This document shows, in pieces, positions 1 to 11,786 of a DNA stretch of 64,000 nucleotides (the first letter of the stretch is position 1; the number at the start of each line of letters is the position of its first letter). The position numbers and the translations under genes were made by a program. The stretch is from an uncultured bacterium (GTDB lineage Bacteria; Patescibacteriota; Minisyncoccia; UBA6257; 2-01-FULL-56-20): the NCBI GenBank assembly GCA_963725235.1, contig CAVRXN010000003.1, forward strand, positions 139,204 to 203,203. The letters are read 5' to 3'. The notes beneath the pieces are model-generated. The model was not told the origin of the DNA, made no database searches, and saw only the letters and a program-made list of their open reading frames with translations.

Positions 1-132
1 CAAGCAACTTCACCACAAAAATAAGAATCCCACGGCGGCGCTTAACCAATCGACCCGAACACCACCCATAGGAGGGATTACCAAAAGAGTATAGACGAAA
101 CGAGGGGAGGTTGTCAAATGGCCTGACAAGAT

Positions 133-2175
133 CTACCAAATCCCCACCCTATCCTCCTCATCGCGCCAAAGCTCATCCCCTTGCTTGACCTCGAACGCCT
201 CATAAAATTCTGGATAGTTCGACGACGGGCCATTGACACGAAACTTGCTTGGTGAATGCGGATCGGTTTGAATATAGAGCCGTTCAAGTTCTTCGCGCTT
301 CTGGCTGCGTTCGGTAACGGCATAATTTATAAAAAATCTTTGTACCGGCATAAATCCATCAACCGACGCATTAGCGTTCGCATCTCCCGCCGCAACTTTC
401 TCCGCAAGCGCCAACTTCAATCCATCCAACGCGATCAAAATCCCGCCAAGGTCGGCAATATTTTCGCCGAGAGTTAATTTTCCGTTAATGTGTACGCCAG
501 GCAATGGCTCATACTTATCGAACTGCTCGGCAAGATGCGCCGCGCGCGCATCAAACCGCGCCTTATCCTCCGGCGTCCACCAATTTTTCAAATTGCCGTG
601 CAAATCAAAAAGCGCACCCTGGTCATCAAGCCCATGCGTCAGCTCGTGCCCGATGACAGTCCCGATCCCGCCAAAATTCAGCGCATCATCGGCGAGAGGA
701 TCAAAAAACGGTGGTTGCAAAATCGCAGCAGGAAATGCGATCTCGTTTAGCGGCGGCTGGTAGTAGGCGTTCACCATCTGCGGCGGCATGAACCATTCGT
801 TCCGATTCACCGGCCCGCCAACCTCGCGCATCTTGCGATCGAACTCGAACGCATGCGCGCGCATAACATTCTGCGCATACGAATCGTCGCGCACCTCAAG
901 CGCCGACATATCCTTCCAAACATCCGGATAGCCAAGCTTCCGCGAAACGCCTTCTAACTTTTCAATCGCCTTCGCTTTCGTCTCCGCACTCATCCAATCA
1001 AGCTTCGCAATCCGCGCTCGATACGCCGCAGTCAAATGATCAACAAGCGCATTAATCTTCGCCTTCGCATCGCCGCCAAAATGTTTTTCGACATACAACT
1101 TGCCGAGCATCTCGTCGAGCGATGCGTTCGTGACCGACAAAACGCGCCGCCACAGCGCTTTCATCTCCTTCGCACCGTTAAACGTGCGCGCGTAAAAATC
1201 GAACCGTGCACGCTCCAACTCTTCGGTCAAAAAACCGGAAAACGCAGCGAGCGTCTGCCACCGCAAATACATTTTGATCTGATCGAGCGGCAACGATTCA
1301 AACAATCGATCAACCTCGGCAAAGAATTTCGGCTGACCAACGATAAAATACGCCGGCTGGGCAATCCCAACCGCGTCGAAATATTTCGCCCACACAATCC
1401 GCGGCGTTACCGCAGCAAGCTCGGCCGCACTCATCTTGTTATACATCTTCTCAACATCCCGCAGCTCGACGCGCGTCATCGATGCACGGGCAAGATCCGT
1501 CTCGATCGCCATAATCGCATCAGCCGCCGCTGCGGTGACGGCATCAGGAATTTTTATTAAATTCTGCGCATTCGTAGCTTCAACAACGCCCAGCTTCACG
1601 AGCGTCGCCTTCATATATTTTAGATAATCCGCGCGAATCGTCTTGCTCTTCTCATCGTCATTCAAATAATAATCACGGTCCGGCAAACCAAGCCCACCCT
1701 GATATAAATGCAACGCCACCACCTCGCTCTGTTTTTCATCCTGCTCCGCCGATGGCGTCCACCATACGCCAACGCCCTGTCGCTGCAAGTAACCGATCGC
1801 CGCGGCAAGATCGTCATTCAAATTACCACCGGCACCGTTCCCGCCAATTGCATCGATCCGCGCGAATAACTCCGCGAGCGGCTGCAAACCCAAACGATTC
1901 CGTTTCTCGACATCCATACCCGTCGTATAAAAATCGCGGATGCGCCGCTGATCTTCGGTTGCGGTCGCGTCTGTCGCCCCGGATGAAATCAATCCATCCA
2001 AAATCTCATGCAGCTGCTCCTCGACCTGCACGCGCAAAATATCAAACGAGCCCCACCGGGATTCATCAGCCGGAATCGGATTCGCTTTCATCCACCCGCC
2101 GTTTACGTACTGAAAAAAATCATCTGCCGGCCTGACTGTCTTATCAAAATTTTCCGGATCGAGAAATGATGGCAT
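133..2175 (-). CDS. pepO: M13 family zinc metallopeptidase (PepO/neprilysin-like endopeptidase)
   Basis: ORF 133-2388 trimmed to ATG 2175 (MPSFLDPENF...). Zinc motif HELTHGLDDQG (HExxH) and ENIADLGG. C-terminal PHSPSKFRVNG is typical of M13 peptidases. No signal peptide seen. Confidence 0.9.
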   Translation of the reverse strand: MPSFLDPENFDKTVRPADDFFQYVNGGWMKANPIPADESRWGSFDILRVQVEEQLHEILDGLISSGATDATATEDQRRIRDFYTTGMDVEKRNRLGLQPLAELFARIDAIGGNGAGGNLNDDLAAAIGYLQRQGVGVWWTPSAEQDEKQSEVVALHLYQGGLGLPDRDYYLNDDEKSKTIRADYLKYMKATLVKLGVVEATNAQNLIKIPDAVTAAAADAIMAIETDLARASMTRVELRDVEKMYNKMSAAELAAVTPRIVWAKYFDAVGIAQPAYFIVGQPKFFAEVDRLFESLPLDQIKMYLRWQTLAAFSGFLTEELERARFDFYARTFNGAKEMKALWRRVLSVTNASLDEMLGKLYVEKHFGGDAKAKINALVDHLTAAYRARIAKLDWMSAETKAKAIEKLEGVSRKLGYPDVWKDMSALEVRDDSYAQNVMRAHAFEFDRKMREVGGPVNRNEWFMPPQMVNAYYQPPLNEIAFPAAILQPPFFDPLADDALNFGGIGTVIGHELTHGLDDQGALFDLHGNLKNWWTPEDKARFDARAAHLAEQFDKYEPLPGVHINGKLTLGENIADLGGILIALDGLKLALAEKVAAGDANANASVDGFMPVQRFFINYAVTERSQKREELERLYIQTDPHSPSKFRVNGPSSNYPEFYEAFEVKQGDELWRDEEDRVGIW

Positions 2176-2305
2176 GGTAGTAAATTGCGAACGCCACGTT
2201 CGCTCTATATATAGAGGAAAACATGGCGGCGAAAATTTTGCAAGATTACATGAAAAGAAAATGGACGCAGGGATGGACACCTGCGCCCATAAGAAACCCA
2301 TAAAC

Positions 2306-2602
2306 TCATCCAGAAACAGGACCAATGCCCAACCGATGAGCCCAACGGTCGTCGGCATGATGAAATGCACCTTCGGTAACCTCACCATCTTTAACGAACT
2401 GACGAGGCGTATTGTGACCGCGGCGCGGGCGAGGAGGGAGCGGAAAGCGAATAGCTACATCCCACTGCGGAGAGTAACCATCAGCAGTTAAACCTTTCAG
2501 CAAAGATTCCACCTTCGGGCTCGAACAAATAGCTTCATTAATTGCCTCATCAAGCTCTTTGACAACTTTGCGATCCGGTCGTCGGCGTCGTCTATTAGAC
2601 AT
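2306..2602 (-). CDS. hypothetical small basic protein
   Basis: ORF 2306-2659 trimmed to ATG 2602 (MSNRRRRRPDRK...). GGAGG Shine-Dalgarno (complement of 2613-2617) about 10 nt upstream. No recognisable motif. Confidence 0.5.
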   Translation of the reverse strand: MSNRRRRRPDRKVVKELDEAINEAICSSPKVESLLKGLTADGYSPQWDVAIRFPLPPRPRRGHNTPRQFVKDGEVTEGAFHHADDRWAHRLGIGPVSG

Positions 2603-2655
2603 CTTCTTGGTGCCTCCTTCTACTATCTTAAAGCTACCGCCGCGCCGAACCGCCG

Positions 2656-3066
2656 TCAATCCCCCGCCTTCCGCACAATCTCCCGGATCGTGCCGACATA
2701 AAAACCGCGCGATTCGTCATCGCGCGGCCCAATAAAAACTTTTGTCGACGGGCTGATGCCCAGTTGCTTCGAGAGTGGCGTCAGGTGGTCCACCAGCAGG
2801 GCAAGTAGTTGCGGATCCGGCCCGAACGTCATCTCGCGAAAACAATAGAGTGCGTCCTCATCCGGAACATACCATCCGCAAACCGCTTTCCGGAAAAAAT
2901 TTTCATCAGCGTTAGCCGCAGCGTCGCTCCCACCGTTCACTCCAATCCACCGTTCGCGCCGGAACCAATCGTAATGCGAAAGCGCGCACCCCTCTTCGGC
3001 AAGCGCTCCAGCCGCAAAGCTAGTAAATGGTAGGACCAACACCGCACAAAGCAAATGCCGAATCAT
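2656..3066 (-). CDS. hypothetical secreted protein
   Basis: 136-aa ORF with N-terminal signal-peptide-like segment MIRHLLCAVLVLPFTSFAAGALA. No family recognised. Confidence 0.55.
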   Translation of the reverse strand: MIRHLLCAVLVLPFTSFAAGALAEEGCALSHYDWFRRERWIGVNGGSDAAANADENFFRKAVCGWYVPDEDALYCFREMTFGPDPQLLALLVDHLTPLSKQLGISPSTKVFIGPRDDESRGFYVGTIREIVRKAGD

Positions 3067-3242
3067 GCCGCACCGAAGACGAAGCTATGTCACGAGATAT
3101 TAGCAGGGGCATGAACCGTACATTCGGTTGATGAAGAAAGGGCGCTTATTTAAGCGCGAAATTAAATGAGTTTCTATCATCGATCAAGAGAACTCCATCC
3201 CGCTCGCCTTTTTCCGAGCCGTCACGATGTGGCGGCTTTTTA

Positions 3243-3749
3243 TTATTTGCTCTTCGTGCCATACCCCAACTCCCGCACCCTCGCCGCGCCTTTCTTCAAA
3301 AAATATTCCCAATGGTCATAATCTTTTTCGGTATTCCTCGCGCGCCAATTTTCAAAAATTTCCTCGGCCGTTGCCCATGCGAGCGTGAACTTCTCATGCG
3401 CCTCGCGCTGAACTGGCACCTGATGATCGCTCTTCAGAATAACCAGGAAGCACGTTGCCTTCGCCACGCGATTCACGTTCTTTAATATATTGTGATAATG
3501 CGTGAACGCCTCCGCGATCTGCTCGACATATAAAAAATTGTCCAGCCCACTTTCCTCGACCACCTCGCGCAAAATTCCTTTTTGAATTTCCTCGCCTTCT
3601 TCCACGCCGCCACTGAACAATCCGAGCAATCCATTCGCATCATGTTTATTCACCGCATATTTTTGCGACACAGGATCAAAAACCACCGCACATCCGCCAT
3701 CGCGCCGCTCCTCGTTCTCACGCTTCGTGCCGAATTCGGGGATGGGCAT
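3243..3749 (-). CDS. Nudix hydrolase
   Basis: Canonical Nudix box GGVEEGEEIQKGILREVVEESGL (GX5EX7REUXEEXGU). Confidence 0.85.
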   Translation of the reverse strand: MPIPEFGTKRENEERRDGGCAVVFDPVSQKYAVNKHDANGLLGLFSGGVEEGEEIQKGILREVVEESGLDNFLYVEQIAEAFTHYHNILKNVNRVAKATCFLVILKSDHQVPVQREAHEKFTLAWATAEEIFENWRARNTEKDYDHWEYFLKKGAARVRELGYGTKSK

Positions 3750-3756
3750 AAATTCG

Positions 3757-6548
<2,792 letters not shown>

Positions 6549-6601
6549 AAGACGGATTATACGTCAAAACGCCCGAAATTTCCACTTCGCGGATCATAGA
6601 T

Positions 6602-7598
6602 TCAAACCACCTGCACCTCCTCCTCCAGCGCCACGCCAAACTTCCGTTTCACCTCCGCCTTCGCAAGCGCAATCAAATTTTTCACATCACCCGCACCGGC
6701 GTTCCAAACATTAACGATAAAGTTCGGATGCTTCGCCGAGATCATCGCGCCACCGAAACTGACGCCGCGCAAACCGATCTCCGAAATCAATTTCGCCGCC
6801 GAAATGACGGGGAATGGATCCGTCTTCACAGAAAACTGCGCGCCGCGAAACGTGAGACTGCACCATTTTGTCATTTTACTGGCACGCGTCGGCACCGGCA
6901 CATTCTTGAAAATACTCCCGATATTCGGATATTCAAGCGGATGATTTTTCTTGCGATATTCGATCTTTTCACGAATCGCCCGCATGATCGCTTTCTTATC
7001 GCCTTTCGCCATCGCGAGCGTCACGGATAAAATAATTTCACCCGCCATACCTGCACCGTCCCGCGCTGCAATATTCTTAAAAACGCTATCACGATAACCA
7101 AACTTGCACGCCCGCGCCATTCGCTCGACAATCTTTTCGCTCTTTATATTGAAACTGCGGACGGACACGACAGCATCTTTTATCTCTCCGCCAAAACATC
7201 CAGCGTTCCCGCGGATCGCGCCGCCGAGCGTACCTGGCAATCCGCCCGCCCATTCCAAACCTGACAACGACTTCGATGTCGCATAATTAAGCAGCTTCGC
7301 CATCGAAACTCCCGCGCCGGCTTCGATGACAATTTCGCGCGCGCCAGTTTTCGATCGAACTGTTTTCGCGGCAACCCCCATCATCGCCGGCTTCAGACAC
7401 CAATCCATAAAACCCGGCATCACAGAACAATAAATTCGTCCCGCCGCCCAAAACAAAAATCGGCAGCTTGCGCGTCTTCGCCTCGCGAACCGCCCACGCA
7501 ACTTCGCGCTCATTTTTCGGTTCAAAAAAATAGCGGGCAATGCCGCCTATTTTGTAATTACTGAATTTCGCGAGCGAAACATTCTCCTGGAATTTCAT
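6602..7598 (-). pseudogene. murB: UDP-N-acetylenolpyruvoylglucosamine reductase MurB with one frameshift
   Basis: The N-terminus MKFQENVSLAKFSNYKIGG...VLGGGTNLLFCDAGFYGLV is in the frame of 7598. It continues as LKPAMMGV...GLEWAGGLPGTLGGAIRGNAGCFGGE...HPNFIVN in ORF 6602-7540. One extra base near 7397 (gtg-t-ctg on the coding strand). Confidence 0.85.
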
Positions 7599-7659
7599 TT
7601 AATCAAGATTTAATTTTTGCACGGCGCACATATACGGCGCAATCCATAAACATAGCAAA

Positions 7660-7722
7660 AGCCGCTCCGCTCAAAACTCTCAATTCTCGACTACAGGTAT
7701 AAAAGTTCTGAACGGAGCGGCT
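7660..7722 (-). terminator. hairpin plus U-run inside the murB upstream region (possible attenuator)
   Basis: 10-bp stem AGCCGCTCCG/CGGAGCGGCT enclosing 43 nt. Followed on the minus strand by UUUUG, about 60 nt upstream of the murB ATG. Confidence 0.35.
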
Positions 7723-7790
7723 AAGGTGACCTCCAATTCTGTTGTTATTGAATGAGTGCTCTATAGCTGCTCCACAATCATTATACATTA

Positions 7791-7817
7791 TTAAAACCAA
7801 AAACCCCCAATCGGGGG
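7791..7817 (-). terminator. intrinsic terminator-like hairpin
   Basis: Minus strand reads CCCCC-GAUU-GGGGG followed by UUUUUGGUUUU. Confidence 0.45.
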
Positions 7818-7892
7818 ATTCGGCAACAGAATTTTGCGGGACATACCTGAGCCGATATCATCGTTCGGGTATGCTCACACTCATTCATTGCT

Positions 7893-7921
7893 ATTGTAGC
7901 ATAGACCTAAATATTTTGCAA
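7893..7921 (-). promoter_or_regulatory. sigma70-like promoter (TTGCAA-17-TACAAT)
   Basis: On the minus strand: -35 TTGCAA (7916-7921), 17-nt spacer, -10 TACAAT (7893-7898). It points toward murB and would start a transcript near 7886. Confidence 0.5.
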
Positions 7922-7943
7922 GAGCCCGGCATTTATTCACAGT

Positions 7944-8011
7944 AAACACCCTAACAAAAAGGGGGCGAATGCGTTCTGACGCCTCTTCGCCCCCTTTTTG
8001 TTAGGGTGTTT
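7944..8011. repeat. nested palindromic hairpin element, member 1 (putative bidirectional terminator family)
   Basis: AAACACCCTAAC-AAAAAGGGGGCGAA-TGCG-TTCTGA-CGCC-TCTTCGCCCCCTTTTT-GTTAGGGTGTTT. It ends 3 nt after the stop of the DsbA-like gene. Confidence 0.75.
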
Positions 8012-8014
8012 GAG

Positions 8015-8770
8015 TTACTTCGCCGCCGCAATCGCCGCGTCGATAGTCTGCTGGAACTGCGCGTACGGCTGAGCACCAAGAACCTGCGTGCCGTTAATAT
8101 AGAACGTCGGGGTCGAGTTAACTCCTTGCGCGGTCGCATCCGTCTTTTCCTGGTTAACGATCGAGAGATCGCTCTGGTTGTTGACGCAGCTCGTGAACGT
8201 CGTCATATTCAAACCAACCTGCTGGCCAAGTTTTAGCAGCTCGGCAGTCGAGAAAAATCCATCGTCCTCACTCCCTCCGCCCTGATCATCGGCAACTTTC
8301 GCCGTGTACAACGCATCATGATACAGCCACATCTTGCCCTGATCGTTCGCGCACTGCGCCGCATTCGCAGCCGCCGTCGATTCGGCGCCTAGGAACGCAA
8401 AATCCCGGAACACAAATTTAACTTTGCCGGTGTTCACATAATTTTGGATAATCTGCGGCTCCGTCTGCGCAAAAAATTCTTCACCGCAGAACGGACACTG
8501 ATAATCACCGTACTCGATCATCGTGACCGGCGCATTCGCTTGACCCAAAATTGCATCACGCGAGGTCAACGCCATAACAGCAGTATTCGTCGCATTCGTC
8601 GGCGCAGTGCCAGCAGCAGCCGCACCCGCTCCAGCGCCTGCACCCGTCGTCGCTATCCCGGTATATTTATTATAAAAAGTCGAGAATACTACCGCACCAC
8701 CAATCAACACCGCCGCGATCAAGATGCTGATCGGCAAAAACCGATCCTTTTTTTCAGAGTTATGTTCCAT
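8015..8770 (-). CDS. DsbA-family thiol:disulfide oxidoreductase, membrane-anchored
   Basis: N-terminal TM helix (FLPISILIAAVLIGGAVVF), an Ala/Gly/Thr-rich linker and thioredoxin-fold active site YGDYQCPFCGEEF (CxxC). Confidence 0.8.
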   Translation of the reverse strand: MEHNSEKKDRFLPISILIAAVLIGGAVVFSTFYNKYTGIATTGAGAGAGAAAAGTAPTNATNTAVMALTSRDAILGQANAPVTMIEYGDYQCPFCGEEFFAQTEPQIIQNYVNTGKVKFVFRDFAFLGAESTAAANAAQCANDQGKMWLYHDALYTAKVADDQGGGSEDDGFFSTAELLKLGQQVGLNMTTFTSCVNNQSDLSIVNQEKTDATAQGVNSTPTFYINGTQVLGAQPYAQFQQTIDAAIAAAK

Positions 8771-8854
8771 ATGTATCTAATTATTCAAATATTCGGAACG
8801 ATGTCAATCCACAGAAACGCGGGGACCAGCGCCGCATGGTAGAATGAACTTCAT

Positions 8855-9463
8855 ATGATCCCAACATCATTCGCGGCGATAACCCAGTGGATCCTCCAGC
8901 AGGGCTATGTCGTTATGTTCATCCTTATGCTGATCGAAGGCCCCGTCGTTACCGCCGCCGGCGCGTTCGCCGCCGCGTTCAGCTATTTCCATCTCTGGAT
9001 CGTGTTCCTCTTATCGATCCTCGGCAATTTGATCCCCGATATCATCTTTTACGCCATGGGCTATTGGGGTCGCCATAGGTTCATCGATAAATACGGCCAT
9101 TATTTCGGCGCAACCAAAGAGCGGCTCGCCGTCGCCGAAAAACTCGCCGCGAACCATACCGGGAAATCTTTGTTCGCCATCAAGATGATCCCATTCATCG
9201 CCGCCCCCGGCCTCATAGTCGTCGGCGCATCAAAGATGGATCTGCGCAAATACATCTGGTGGTGCGTTGCGATCACGATCCCAAGCTCGCTCTTCTATTT
9301 GCTCGTCGGCTACTACTTCGGTGCCGCGTACGGCACGATCGACCACTACCTCCATCTCGGCTACTATCTCCTCGGCGCCGTCGCGATCATCCTCGTCGCG
9401 ATCCTCTACTATCAACGGAAATGGACGGAGGATTTTGCGAGGAAGATTGGCGGGGAAGAATAA
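8855..9463 (+). CDS. DedA family membrane protein
   Basis: Multi-TM 202-aa protein with DedA/SNARE-associated signature (MLIEGPVVTAAGAFAA...GNLIPDIIFYAMGYWGR). Extended -10 TGgTAGAAT at 8838-8845. Confidence 0.8.
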   Translation: MIPTSFAAITQWILQQGYVVMFILMLIEGPVVTAAGAFAAAFSYFHLWIVFLLSILGNLIPDIIFYAMGYWGRHRFIDKYGHYFGATKERLAVAEKLAANHTGKSLFAIKMIPFIAAPGLIVVGASKMDLRKYIWWCVAITIPSSLFYLLVGYYFGAAYGTIDHYLHLGYYLLGAVAIILVAILYYQRKWTEDFARKIGGEE

Positions 9464-9481
9464 AACCTGCGGCCGTCGCTA

Positions 9482-10753
9482 TCATATCCACCCAAGCATC
9501 TTCAAATGCGTATACGCGCCCTGATACGCCGCCATCGTGCCCATGAAATTTTGCGGCGGATGATACCAGCGCGTTTCACCGCGCCGCGGTTCATCCGGTT
9601 CAAAAACTTCATACGCACCGCCGGCGATTTCAAACAATCGCGCAGCTTTGACTAAAGCTTCAATCGCTTCATCTTTATATTGCGCGCGTATCGCCGCATC
9701 CTCATGCTCCTCCGCAATCTTTATCTTTAAATGGACATTTTGGAGTGTCACCCACGGCCACACAAATTGATTATGATAGATCCATTGGCCCGCAGCCCGA
9801 TGCACCCAATAAATATCGCGCTCCGGATATGGCGGATCAAAATTTTGCAAACCGGAACTATGCTGAACGCGCTGCTTTAACGTCCGCTCGACGCGCCACG
9901 CGTCGTCCGCGTTTAAAAAATATCCCGCGCCGAAAATCGACGCGACGGTATCAAGCCGGTCTTCACCAGTTTTCGCCCGGAAGAAAGTCCCCGCATACAA
10001 TTTTTCCATAATCGCCCGGTGAACTTTTTCGGCTTCATCATGATATATTTTTGCCGCGCCATTATTATGGCCGCCATCGCCAACCGCCCGCGCCATCGTT
10101 TCCATATGCTTCAATCCCCGCCACCACCAAATATTGATAACGCCCAGCTTCCCCTGTCGTCGGATCGTATCAGCCCAATCCGGATTGTCGTTCGTAGCAA
10201 CCGCGAGCCCATCCTCGGAATCAGTTTTCGCGCGGCGAAAAAATTCTGTGGCTCGCTGTAACTTTTCAAAGTTCGCTTTAATGAACGTGCGACCTTCCAC
10301 TGAGCCGCCATCAAACAATTCACCGGCCATAATCAGCGCCGCCGGAATCGTATCCTCACCACCAGCAGAATCCGTGCCTTCGTGCACCGGCCGCTCGGCG
10401 CGACCATGCCATTTTTTTTCGATCAAATAGAACGACGGCCGGCTTAACCACCGAAAGCCCGGCGTCAGCCGCACGGTCTGATACTGACGCTCGACGCGCG
10501 ACGGCAACGCACCATCCGCACGCTGATGCGCCAAGATCGTCCGCAGCGAATCAATAACCGCCTCCGGCTTCGCCCGCGCAAAATAATGCGCCGCCGCATG
10601 CGCCGCATCCCGCGTCCAAACCTGGTCAAAATAATTGCTGCGCGGATCCGCGGACGGGAAAATCCCAAAGCCCGGTTGGTGGTTGCGATCAAGGAGGGTG
10701 ACAAATTTTGCGGAGGTTTCTTCAATGAGAATTCCATCGGCAGAAGATAGCAT
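9482..10753 (-). CDS. six-hairpin glycoside hydrolase (amylo-alpha-1,6-glucosidase / GDE_C-like)
   Basis: 423 aa with FDQVWTRDAAHAA and WADTIRRQGKLGVINIWWW segments, reminiscent of glycogen-debranching/invertase-like (alpha/alpha)6 enzymes. Family assignment is from memory only. Confidence 0.55.
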   Translation of the reverse strand: MLSSADGILIEETSAKFVTLLDRNHQPGFGIFPSADPRSNYFDQVWTRDAAHAAAHYFARAKPEAVIDSLRTILAHQRADGALPSRVERQYQTVRLTPGFRWLSRPSFYLIEKKWHGRAERPVHEGTDSAGGEDTIPAALIMAGELFDGGSVEGRTFIKANFEKLQRATEFFRRAKTDSEDGLAVATNDNPDWADTIRRQGKLGVINIWWWRGLKHMETMARAVGDGGHNNGAAKIYHDEAEKVHRAIMEKLYAGTFFRAKTGEDRLDTVASIFGAGYFLNADDAWRVERTLKQRVQHSSGLQNFDPPYPERDIYWVHRAAGQWIYHNQFVWPWVTLQNVHLKIKIAEEHEDAAIRAQYKDEAIEALVKAARLFEIAGGAYEVFEPDEPRRGETRWYHPPQNFMGTMAAYQGAYTHLKMLGWI

Positions 10754-10889
10754 AAAAAGGTTAATTTTTTATTTTTCCACCGGCGCCCGTAAGTAGGAAA
10801 TGATGTTCTTCAGCTGCGATGGTTGTTGCGCACGTTGTTCTTCCGAGGAATGCGGGCTGCCCTGTAAAATCATTTTCCTTTTCTTTTTC

Positions 10890-11096
10890 TTATCGCGCAT
10901 TCCCATCTCTCGCAATGTCAGCATACAGCTCACGCAACTCGTCCGGAGTTTTTCCAAAACGCTTATCGGCGCTGTGGTCAGTTATATAGAAATCCAAATC
11001 GAAACCCCGTTCTTTTTCTTTATCCGGCTCTTGCTCTATTTGCTCGAGATCGACATCCTTTGGCTCTTCTGCAATAGGAAAACTTTCTTTGCTCAT
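10890..11096 (-). CDS. hypothetical small acidic protein
   Basis: 68-aa ORF. TTGTCA-17-TATGAT promoter with the -10 box exactly 6 nt upstream of the ATG (leaderless arrangement). Confidence 0.4.
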   Translation of the reverse strand: MSKESFPIAEEPKDVDLEQIEQEPDKEKERGFDLDFYITDHSADKRFGKTPDELRELYADIARDGNAR

Positions 11097-11126
11097 AGAA
11101 AAATCATATCTTATTTTTGTATGATT

Positions 11127-11155
11127 GACAAATAATCATCAAGATTATATATTAT
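11127..11155 (+). promoter_or_regulatory. sigma70-like promoter (TTGACA-17-TATATT)
   Basis: TTGACA at 11127-11132, 17-nt spacer, then TATATT. Drives the small-ORF operon 11198-12011. Confidence 0.5.
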
Positions 11156-11197
11156 GAGCGGCTCTCGTAAATCTCAATACGTCAGAAGGGGCACCAA

Positions 11198-11350
11198 ATG
11201 ATAACAATTGCTGTGTTCGTGTTGGTCTTAGTAATCCCAAGCGCAATCGGCATTATGCGATGGGAAGGAAGCAGCACCGGCGTTATGATGCCAGCTTTCT
11301 CCTTGGATAAATCGCAATTGGGGGGGGTTCTCACCCCAGTAAGATTTTGA
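11198..11350 (+). CDS. small membrane/signal-anchor ORF (50 aa), probably the 5' part of the next ORF
   Basis: ATG 11198 preceded by GAAGGGG. Translation MITIAVFVLVLVIPSAIGIMRWEG.... Not in the ORF track (under 60 aa). Contains a G8 run at 11320-11327 and overlaps the next ORF. Confidence 0.4.
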   Translation: MITIAVFVLVLVIPSAIGIMRWEGSSTGVMMPAFSLDKSQLGGVLTPVRF

Positions 11351-11775
11351 ACACCTTTGCAAGCATTGGCTTCGGAACCGTTTTCGACTTCGTGGTTGCC
11401 TTCGGCATCGGATTGTTCGTGCCAAAGCATATGATCGTGATGGAAACAATCCCGTTAACGCCTATCCATCAGGACGGCAACACCTTCTATATCGGCATTA
11501 GCGCACAGGAAGCAAGAACGAATCGTGGCATGCCTTATCAAGTTTCCTACTATTCGTTTCTCAAAGAAGCCAACGGCGCGATGTCGCTTGAAAAATTCCG
11601 GACGGATGACGACTCGATTCGGCTTTACGAAGATTCTTCTTCCGGAGGCAAACTCGTCCGGCTCACACCAGCATTTCTGGGGAAAAACGACATGGCATGC
11701 AATTTGTTTGCCTGCCCACCCGGATCTGATCGCTACGAATTCCACGTCCCGCCGAATAGTGTCGGCACATTCTGA
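11347..11775 (+). CDS. hypothetical protein
   Basis: 142-aa ORF with a TTG start in the track. Its frame is open back to the G8 run, so it may be fused to ORF 11198 if the run is G9. Confidence 0.45.
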   Translation: MNTFASIGFGTVFDFVVAFGIGLFVPKHMIVMETIPLTPIHQDGNTFYIGISAQEARTNRGMPYQVSYYSFLKEANGAMSLEKFRTDDDSIRLYEDSSSGGKLVRLTPAFLGKNDMACNLFACPPGSDRYEFHVPPNSVGTF

Positions 11776-11786
11776 AAGGAGAAACC

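Noticed and set aside
1-132. Promoter-like TTGACA-18-TATACT on the minus strand and a 19-codon ORF at the window edge
   Set aside because: The ORF is too short, lacks an RBS and is truncated by the window boundary. It cannot be evaluated.
3067-3245. Possible small RNA between the Nudix gene and ORF 2656-3066 (palindrome GCGCTTA-TT-TAAGCGC at 3142-3157; hairpin 3218-3236 with a T-run only on the plus strand)
   Set aside because: No convincing promoter and no match to SRP, 6S, tmRNA or RNase P motifs that I can recognise. The hairpin directly abuts the Nudix stop codon and may simply be its U-tract-poor terminator.
7944-8011. Integron attC-like reading of hairpin member 1 (CCCTAAC ... GTTAGGG resembles inverse-core/core sites)
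   Set aside because: The other three family members have unrelated outer arms without GTTRRRY cores. No integrase gene is nearby, and the element sits directly after a stop codon like a terminator.
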